Below, in pieces: positions 49,351 through 56,595 of a stretch of DNA of 64,000 nt. The stretch covers positions 77,327 to 141,326 of the forward strand of contig CAZNPH010000001.1 of assembly GCA_964574985.1 (NCBI GenBank), read 5' to 3'. Each line of letters begins with the position of its first letter. Positions within the stretch are counted from its first letter, which is position 1. The DNA is from an uncultured Bacteroidaceae bacterium. Its GTDB lineage: Bacteria; Bacteroidota; Bacteroidia; Bacteroidales; SM23-62. The notes below the pieces were generated by a model that worked only from the letters and a program-made list of their open reading frames with translations, was not told the DNA's origin and did not search any database. The position numbers and the translations under genes were made by a program.

Positions 49351-50369
49351 TGGACCAATCCCCTGCAAACATGAATACCAGGATCGGCCGGAGAAAATTC
49401 ATCAGGTCTGCCGGAAGCATACTGGCTTTTGGGGGATTCGCCTTTTCGGCATCCTGCCGCAGCAAATCCGGGGGAAATAAGCAATACCCCTTAGCGGTTG
49501 ATTTCATAGGAACGGATCAAAGTTTCGGATTCTACAAAATGGTTTACGATGCGCTGGAGCATGTGCTCATACGGCATTGTTCCCTGGAAGAATCCACCAC
49601 CGGAGAATCTGAAGCCGTACATATTGCAGGCCCCCTGGATTCCCGTGGCGTGGAAGGGTTCATGTCACTGGAAAAAAACAAGCATGTGTTGTTTGAAAAC
49701 CCTATGGGGACCAGCTACGCCGAATTTGACGCCGTTCAGAAAACAGCCAACAAACTGAACCTGAGGATCGGCCTGATCGATCCCTGGCGGTACATGGCTG
49801 CAACCTCAAGGGCACGTGATATGGTTTACAGGGAAGAAATCGGCCGTATAATCAAAATCGAAATCACTGCAAATTCACTGCTGGGGCCTGGCAACCGGGA
49901 AGTCGGTGGTTACACCGGTTCCTCTGTTTTTCTGATCAGACTGGCCTCCTGGATCCTGCACGGCAACCCGGCAGTCATCACGGTCACCCGACACACCCTG
50001 GAAGATCCCATAAAAACGGATCCCGGATTATGCTTTGAAACAATTATCCGGAGAACACCCGTGTTTTTTCACGGGGATGAGCATTTGTCCGGGTGGACCA
50101 TGCAGATCGCCGGCGAAGGCAGGAGACTGATCCTGAACGGTCACGGCGAATTGCACAGTATCGGTGAAATGCAGGAAAAAGAACTCATACCGGCCGGAAC
50201 TGACCATGAAAACCAGGCCTTACGGGACAATATAGGGGACTTCGTTCAATCGGTCCGCACAGGGAAAGAACCGGAGATTAATTCGCTGGATGGAATGCAT
50301 GGCATCACACTGAACCAGGCCGCCTATGAATCGGCACGGACCGGCAAACAAGTCAAAATGATTATGTAA
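49350..50369 (+). CDS. TAT-signal Gfo/Idh/MocA-like protein with degenerate cofactor and catalytic motifs
   Basis: 339 aa with a twin-arginine signal (RIGRRKFIRSAGSILAFGG). The C-terminal part is Gfo/Idh/MocA-like (RDNIGDFVQSVRTGKEPEINSLDGMHGITLNQAAYESARTGKQV). The N-terminal GxGxxG is replaced by FIGTDQSFGF, and EKP is replaced by ENP. The start overlaps the GH78 stop by 1 nt. Confidence 0.6.
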   Translation: MDQSPANMNTRIGRRKFIRSAGSILAFGGFAFSASCRSKSGGNKQYPLAVDFIGTDQSFGFYKMVYDALEHVLIRHCSLEESTTGESEAVHIAGPLDSRGVEGFMSLEKNKHVLFENPMGTSYAEFDAVQKTANKLNLRIGLIDPWRYMAATSRARDMVYREEIGRIIKIEITANSLLGPGNREVGGYTGSSVFLIRLASWILHGNPAVITVTRHTLEDPIKTDPGLCFETIIRRTPVFFHGDEHLSGWTMQIAGEGRRLILNGHGELHSIGEMQEKELIPAGTDHENQALRDNIGDFVQSVRTGKEPEINSLDGMHGITLNQAAYESARTGKQVKMIM

Positions 50370-50376
50370 ACCGACA

Positions 50377-51438
50377 ATGAATAATTACAGCCCTCTGGAA
50401 AAAGCACAACCTGTTGCCAACAGGATCATGACGAAACATGAACTGTACCAGTCGTATCATAACGATCTGCAACTGGAAGGACTGCTTTACCTGTATGATG
50501 CATCGGGCATCCTGGAGTATCTGGACCACGTGCTCAGTGTATGGAATTTCAGAACGGAACAAAATGCCGACAAACTCAACTACCGGATCCTGTTCACCTG
50601 TCTGCATTTTGAAACCTGGCTGCGTACCGGAAATGATTATTTCATAAGGGATTTTCTGGAAACGGCCCGGGAATTCCGGCAAGCGGTTCCCCGGGACCGC
50701 GATGGTGCCGTATGCCAGATCGTCCGGCCGGAAAACAAGCGGATCTTCGTAGATATGTTGCAGGGATACGCCGTTTTCATGGCCAGGGCCGGCTGGTTAT
50801 CGGGTGAAGAGGTTTTTTTTAACGAATGTGTCCGGCAATATGAGATATTCAGAAGCATCCTGAGAAACCCGGTAACCGGACTCTGGCATCAGGGACGTGG
50901 CTGGGGAGATGATCCCATGGGCATCTCTCCGGGGCACTGGAACAGGGGGCAGGGCTGGGTTATCCGGGGAATGACGGATTCCCTGGACTATCTTCCGGAA
51001 GACGGTATGTATTTCAACAGGATGCTTGACATGCTCAGGGAATTTGCTTCGGACCTTCTGCAATACCAGGATTTGCGCGGAATGTGGCACCAGTTGACAG
51101 ACCGCGGGGAAGCATATCCGGAAACCAGCGGTACTGCCTTCTTCATACACAATCTGTACAAGGCATTCCACCGTGGATGGATTCCCCGGGAACCTTTTCT
51201 CCCGGCACTGGAAAAATCCCTCCCTGCCCTTCTCGGATTCATCCATAAGGATGGCTCCGTTTCCAATACTTCTCATGGGGCCGGACCCCTGTCATCGCCC
51301 GAAGCATATAAATACCGCCCATCCATCCCGGGAGACCCCCACGGGATGGGAACCATGCTGATGGCCTGCGCCGGACCTTACCTGGCGGTTTCCCCCGGGA
51401 AAATGCTCAGGCGGGCAAAAGATAAACAAACGGCATAA
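50377..51438 (+). CDS. GH105/GH88-type unsaturated rhamnogalacturonyl/glucuronyl hydrolase
   Basis: 353 aa. GRGWGDD...HWNRGQGWVIRGM and ETSGTAFFIHNL are characteristic of the YteR/YesR (alpha/alpha)6 fold. Confidence 0.8.
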   Translation: MNNYSPLEKAQPVANRIMTKHELYQSYHNDLQLEGLLYLYDASGILEYLDHVLSVWNFRTEQNADKLNYRILFTCLHFETWLRTGNDYFIRDFLETAREFRQAVPRDRDGAVCQIVRPENKRIFVDMLQGYAVFMARAGWLSGEEVFFNECVRQYEIFRSILRNPVTGLWHQGRGWGDDPMGISPGHWNRGQGWVIRGMTDSLDYLPEDGMYFNRMLDMLREFASDLLQYQDLRGMWHQLTDRGEAYPETSGTAFFIHNLYKAFHRGWIPREPFLPALEKSLPALLGFIHKDGSVSNTSHGAGPLSSPEAYKYRPSIPGDPHGMGTMLMACAGPYLAVSPGKMLRRAKDKQTA

Positions 51439-51469
51439 CGGGCAACCATAAACCAAAATCCAAAAAACA

Positions 51470-53134
51470 ATGAAAAACTGGATACTGCCATTCGTTTTCG
51501 GAATCACCGCAATGACCCTGCATGCTCAGAATGCAGAATTCGCTTTCGGACCGGTCCCGGTTTTCAATGTGCTTGACTATGGTGCTTCAGGAACCGGAGA
51601 TATCAAGGAAACCGAAGCCCTGCAGCAAGCCATAAGTGAATGTGCCCAAGCCGGAGGAGGCACGGTGTATTTCCCTCCGGGCATATATATATCCGGTTCC
51701 CTCCGGCTTTTTGATAACGTCCATCTTTATCTGGAATCCGGGGCAACCATCAAGGGGAGTCCGGACCTTGATGATTATACCGAGACAGAATATGTTTCCG
51801 AGGAAAGGAATACGGCATTGATCTATGCATTTCATTGCAGGAACATTTCCATTGACGGACACGGCACCATTGACGGAAATGGCGACGTTTTTTTCCACCA
51901 GGACAAAGTTCACAGGGGATGCTGTTATGAACCGGAGCATACCCGCCAAAAGGAAAAATACAGGAACCGGATGCCGGACGGACCCATAGAACCCAAAACC
52001 GACCAGGAAGGCAACCAGCTCCGCCCGGGAAGCATGATCTCATTCATCGAATGCGAACACATCCAGATCAGGGACATCCATGTGCAGGGATCCCCCAACT
52101 GGTGCATCCATCTTTCCTGTTGCAACCATGCGGATCTGACCGGACTCGACATCGACAACAGTCTGCTTATCCCCAACGCCGACGGGATCGACATAAGCAA
52201 ATGCAAAAATGTCTTTATCCGGGGTTGTGACATCAGTGCCGGGGACGACGGGATTGCTTTGGGAACATGTGCAGATGGGTACTGCAGCGGGGCTAACGAA
52301 AATGTAGTGGTCTCGGATTGCATCATCGTTTCCCGGTCAGCCGGTATCAGGCTGGGATGGAGTACGGACGACATCAGGAACTGCTTCTTCAGCAACCTGG
52401 TCATTCATTCGTCCAACCGGGGTATCGGGATCTTCGCAAGAAGAAAAGAGATCATCGAGAACATTGTTTTCTCGGACATCCGGATAGAAACCCGCTTACA
52501 TACCGGATGGTGGGGAAACGGAGAACCCATACACATTTCAGCCATCCCGGGTTTCCCTGAACCCCGGATGGGCGTGATCCGGAACATCCGGTTCGAAAAC
52601 ATCACCGCCGGCAGCGAACATGGCATCGTTATGTACGGATACAAAAAAGGACATATCAAAGACATAGAATTCAGGAACATATTTATGAAAATAAGAAACA
52701 GTAAATTCAATGAGCTTTACGGGGGCAATTTTGACCTCCGCCCCACCCTGAATATCCAATATGGCCTTTTCGAACATGATATTCCGGGTTTGTTCGCCAC
52801 CGGTGTGGAAAACATCATCATAGACAAATTTGACATTTCCTGGGAAACGGGATTGCCCTGCTTTTTTGACCATGCATTGCATTTTGTGGATTTTAACGGA
52901 CTTACCATCAATTTTTTCCGGGGAAGGCAACCCCAGGCGGAACGGGAAACTGCCACCATCAAACTGGAAAAAGGAGACGGGATCTCCATAACCAATTGTA
53001 CCGCCAAGCCGGGAACCACACTGTTTTTGGAGCATGAAAATGTACCGGACGGACAAAGGATGTTTGGCAATGACCTGCGCAATGCATATCAACAAATGAA
53101 ACCCGGACAATCATTCTCAGATCATAATCATTAA
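51470..53134 (+). CDS. Glycoside hydrolase family 28 (polygalacturonase/rhamnogalacturonase-like), paralog 1
   Basis: 554 aa with a signal peptide. It has NADGIDI, AGDDGIAL and RSAGIRLGW in a parallel beta-helix repeat pattern. Confidence 0.85.
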   Translation: MKNWILPFVFGITAMTLHAQNAEFAFGPVPVFNVLDYGASGTGDIKETEALQQAISECAQAGGGTVYFPPGIYISGSLRLFDNVHLYLESGATIKGSPDLDDYTETEYVSEERNTALIYAFHCRNISIDGHGTIDGNGDVFFHQDKVHRGCCYEPEHTRQKEKYRNRMPDGPIEPKTDQEGNQLRPGSMISFIECEHIQIRDIHVQGSPNWCIHLSCCNHADLTGLDIDNSLLIPNADGIDISKCKNVFIRGCDISAGDDGIALGTCADGYCSGANENVVVSDCIIVSRSAGIRLGWSTDDIRNCFFSNLVIHSSNRGIGIFARRKEIIENIVFSDIRIETRLHTGWWGNGEPIHISAIPGFPEPRMGVIRNIRFENITAGSEHGIVMYGYKKGHIKDIEFRNIFMKIRNSKFNELYGGNFDLRPTLNIQYGLFEHDIPGLFATGVENIIIDKFDISWETGLPCFFDHALHFVDFNGLTINFFRGRQPQAERETATIKLEKGDGISITNCTAKPGTTLFLEHENVPDGQRMFGNDLRNAYQQMKPGQSFSDHNH

Positions 53135-53150
53135 CCAAAAATTACCGAAA

Positions 53151-54008
53151 ATGAATAAAATCATCCTGTTGCCCATTATGCTCTGTGCATTATTCAGTGC
53201 CTGTATTGCACAAGACAAGGAAGAAATCCGTCTGATCGTCCGCGGAGACGATATCGGCTCAACCCACGCAGCAAACCTTGGCTGCATCAAATCCTACCGG
53301 GAAGGCATCATGCGGACCGTGGAAGTGATGGTTCCCTGTCCCTGGTTCCCCGAAGCCGTTGACCTGCTCAACGAGAATCCCGGACTTGATGTGGGGATCC
53401 ATCTGGCCATCACCAGTGAATGGGAAAACATAAAATGGGGGCCGCTGACCCATGCACCCAGTCTGACCGGCGAAAACGGGTATTTTTATCCCATGATCTG
53501 GCCCGGCGAAGAATTCCCTCCGGGAAAGGCACTCAAAGCCCAGGACTGGGATCCGGAAGAACTTGAGAACGAATTCCGGGCCCAGATCGAAATGGCCATC
53601 TCAAAAATCCCTCAAATCAGTCATTTGAGCTGTCATATGGGTTGCTCATCCTGGGAACCTGAAGTAAGCAGGATCTATAACAAACTTGCCCGGGAATACG
53701 GACTGGAGATCAATCCGGATGATCATGGCGTGGAAAGAATGCCCCTCAAAGAAAAAGGGGAAACCCTCAGCGAACGGATCGAGAACTTTTCAGAAGCCTT
53801 GATGGCCTTGAAACCTGGCAATACATACCTGTTCGTGGAGCATCCTGCACTGGATACCCCGGAAATGAGAGCCGTCGGACATAGCGGTTACTACGGTGTC
53901 GCAACCGACCGGCAATATGTAACCGATGTGTTCACCTCGGAAAAGATCATGAAAATCATCCGGTACCGGAACATCCGGCTCATCGCCTATCCCGATCTGA
54001 TCAAATAA
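53151..54008 (+). CDS. YdjC/ChbG-family carbohydrate deacetylase with a lipoprotein signal
   Basis: 285 aa with the lipobox LFSAC. LIVRGDDIGSTHAANLGCIKSYREGIMRTVEVMV matches the YdjC N-terminal Asp-Asp metal motif. His motifs follow (GIHLAI, SCHMG). Confidence 0.75.
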   Translation: MNKIILLPIMLCALFSACIAQDKEEIRLIVRGDDIGSTHAANLGCIKSYREGIMRTVEVMVPCPWFPEAVDLLNENPGLDVGIHLAITSEWENIKWGPLTHAPSLTGENGYFYPMIWPGEEFPPGKALKAQDWDPEELENEFRAQIEMAISKIPQISHLSCHMGCSSWEPEVSRIYNKLAREYGLEINPDDHGVERMPLKEKGETLSERIENFSEALMALKPGNTYLFVEHPALDTPEMRAVGHSGYYGVATDRQYVTDVFTSEKIMKIIRYRNIRLIAYPDLIK

Positions 54009-54019
54009 AACACAAAAAC

Positions 54020-55648
54020 ATGATATCCTTTTGCAAACCAGTCAAAATCCTGTCCCTGCCTGTTCTTTTGCTGGCTTTCACCCAATGCTCAGACAATCCT
54101 GAACATACCTTTTGTATCACGGAATTCGGGGCCGAATCCGGAGGAGACATCCTCAATACAAATGCCATCAACAAAGCCATTGGCGTCTGCCACCAAAATG
54201 GCGGGGGCACGGTCCTGGTTCCTCCGGGAGAATACCTCACCGGGACCATTCAATTGCTGAGCAACGTGGAATTGAAACTGTCCCAGGGAGCACGCCTCAA
54301 AGGGAGTCCGGATACCCCGGACTATACACGCGGGGGAAGAAAACACGGATTGATCTATGCAGAAAAAGCCCGTAATATTTCCATTACGGGTCCGGGTACC
54401 ATTGACGGCAACGGCACCTCTTTCTTTTATAAGGACAAATACCATGATGCCGGCGGATGGAGCCCGGACCGTGTCAGGCAGGGAGAAGACTATCTTTCCG
54501 GCAAATATGGCCGGGGGGACGGACCCGTAACCTACGATGCGCGGCCGGGCATGATGATCGTTATGCTGCAATGTGAAAACATCAGGATCACAGACATCAC
54601 CCTGACAGACTCTCCTTCATGGACTGTTCGTGCAGGAGATTGCGACAATGCCGTTTTTCACGGAGTCACCATTCTGAACAATCTCCTTGTTCCCAACAGT
54701 GACGGCATCCATTGTACGACATCAAGGAACATCACCATTTCCGATTGCGATATCCGTGCCGGCGATGATGCCATCATTGTCACCGGTTTCGGTACGGACG
54801 TAGGTGTTCACGGAGATGTCATCACCCGGCCGGACTACACAAAGCGTAAAATCGGCAACAAAACCGGATATTCGGAAAATGTGACTGTCTCCAATTGCCT
54901 GCTTCAATCAAGGTCAAGTGGTATACGGGTGGGGTACGGTAAAAACCCCATACGCAATTGCCTATTCCAGAACCTGGTCATATACGGATCCAACAGGGGA
55001 CTGGGTGTTTTCTCCCGTGACCGGGGGACCATTGAAAACATACATTTCTCGAACATCATCATTCAAACCCGCCTGCATACCGGCTGGTGGGGAAACGGAG
55101 AACCCGTCCATGTTTCGGCTGTCCCCCGGACAGAAGGCATTGATCCGGGTGTCATCCGGAACATCCGGTTCCATAACATCACGGCCTGGGGAGAATCGGG
55201 CATGCTGGTCTACGGCAGTCCGGAATCAGTCATCCGGGATATATCCTTTGAAAATATCGATATTCATCTGAAAAACAGTAAGCTCAATGAAGGATTCGGC
55301 GGAAATTTCGACCTGCGTCCGACCACCGGCCCCGAAAACGGGATATTCAAACATGATATTCCGGGCCTGTATGTGAAGCATACAGAGAATATGACAATCC
55401 GCAATTTTTCATTGGAGTGGGACCGGGGGATGCCGGACTTTTACACCAACGGATTACGGGCAGAATTTTTCAAGAGTCTGCTCATCGACAATTTTTCAGG
55501 ACTGCCGGCCCATCCCGGCTCAGGTGTGCCGGTTATCCATGCTTACCGAGGCAGGAATCTGATCCTTCGCAACTGTGTACCCGTAAAGGGCACACCACCC
55601 TTTTTGAAAACCTCAGATGTGAAAAACATCAAAAACCAGAACCCATGA
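54020..55648 (+). CDS. Glycoside hydrolase family 28, paralog 2 (lipoprotein)
   Basis: 542 aa with the lipobox AFTQC. It contains NSDGIHC, AGDDAIIV and RSSGIRVGY. Long blocks are near-identical to paralog 1 (TRLHTGWWGNGEP, GVIRNIRF, GGNFDLRPT). Confidence 0.85.
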   Translation: MISFCKPVKILSLPVLLLAFTQCSDNPEHTFCITEFGAESGGDILNTNAINKAIGVCHQNGGGTVLVPPGEYLTGTIQLLSNVELKLSQGARLKGSPDTPDYTRGGRKHGLIYAEKARNISITGPGTIDGNGTSFFYKDKYHDAGGWSPDRVRQGEDYLSGKYGRGDGPVTYDARPGMMIVMLQCENIRITDITLTDSPSWTVRAGDCDNAVFHGVTILNNLLVPNSDGIHCTTSRNITISDCDIRAGDDAIIVTGFGTDVGVHGDVITRPDYTKRKIGNKTGYSENVTVSNCLLQSRSSGIRVGYGKNPIRNCLFQNLVIYGSNRGLGVFSRDRGTIENIHFSNIIIQTRLHTGWWGNGEPVHVSAVPRTEGIDPGVIRNIRFHNITAWGESGMLVYGSPESVIRDISFENIDIHLKNSKLNEGFGGNFDLRPTTGPENGIFKHDIPGLYVKHTENMTIRNFSLEWDRGMPDFYTNGLRAEFFKSLLIDNFSGLPAHPGSGVPVIHAYRGRNLILRNCVPVKGTPPFLKTSDVKNIKNQNP

Positions 55649-55695
55649 ACCTTCCATCACCGATCCGTCGGCAAGCCGCCGGTCAAAGACAAACG

Positions 55696-56134
55696 ATGAA
55701 AAACATGTCAATTATTCTGATGCTTTTCATTTGCACGTTGCATATACCCGATTCATATGCACAAAGCGACCCGGATGGCGGCACCGGTTGCCGTGGCATC
55801 CTCCTGGAAAGCTTATCCATGGAAAGCGGGATCCTGCAGAAAAAGGTGCTGTATCCGGTGGTATATCTTCTCCACGGATATTCCGATGATGAAACCGCCT
55901 GGATTCAGTTCGGGGAGGTCCATCTTGCTGCTGACCGGGCCATCGCCGGACGTGAAATACCTCCCATGATCATTGTCATGCCGGATGCGGGGGTAAGCTG
56001 GTACATCAACGACCATGAGAGAACGGAATATCGATCATGAGTACCGGGTAAGGGACGGCGTCCATAGCTGGAGTTACTGGCGGACCGGGATTGTGGACGG
56101 ACTCCGGTTCATCGGGGAAAGCTTTCACCGGTGA
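55696..56134 (+). pseudogene. Remnant of a secreted esterase (PF00756 / CE1-type 'putative esterase'), with an internal deletion that removes the catalytic-Ser region
   Basis: The N-terminal part is MKNMSIILMLF...VLYPVVYLLHGYSDDETAWIQFGEVHLAADRAIAGREIPPMIIVMPDAGVSWYIN, which stops at 56040. A second frame then reads NIDHEYRVRDGVHSWSYWRTGIVDGLRFIGESFHR*, the usual C-terminus. No GxSxG block is present, and the total is about 145 codons against about 270. Confidence 0.7.
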
Positions 56135-56154
56135 ACCATACGATACCCGGTGAT

Positions 56155-56595
56155 TTATTCGTTTTCCAGGGTTTCGGGCACCAGGAAGTATTGCACATAG
56201 TAATTGACACCCACATAATGCCCCTTTCCCTGAATGTCCGCGAACAGGTAATTGCCCTTCCCATCAGGATTCCTGCAGGGCCTCATAATCGATATAATAA
56301 TAGAAAGCACTGATCTCCTCTTCATTCTGATTCTCAACCTCCATGCGTGCTCCGTCTGCAAAAGGCATGACAAAATAGCAAACCAGGCCCCTGCCCTCAG
56401 TGGGACCGGCAGCAAGAAGCAAACCGGAAAAAGGATATGCTTCATTCCATCCCTGTCCGAAAAAAGGACCGACGGGTGAAACAACGGAAGGAAAATCATT
56501 CCCGTCCCAGTACATTTTCAGGATGATGTCGTTCCTGCTCAACCGGGGAGGAAGAGGTGCAATGGTATTCCATATATGTATTATTGAAGAAATAT
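56155..56595 (-). pseudogene. Remnant of a DUF2961 (CAZy GH172-type) protein, truncated at both ends and frameshifted
   Basis: One frame reads ...WNTIAPLPPRLSRNDIILKMYWDGNDFPSVVSPVGPFFGQGW...YFVMPFADGARMEVENQNEEEISAFYYYIDYE. A second frame reads NPDGKGNYLFADIQGKGHYVGVNYYVQ and then terminates. The total is about 145 codons against about 370 in intact family members. Confidence 0.65.

Noticed and set aside
55417-55695. N-terminal extension of the esterase remnant ORF overlapping the second GH28 gene
   Set aside because: The extension overlaps the C-terminus of a well-supported GH28 gene in another frame. The signal peptide begins at the ATG at 55696. The ATG at 55645 (an ATGA overlap) is a less likely alternative.
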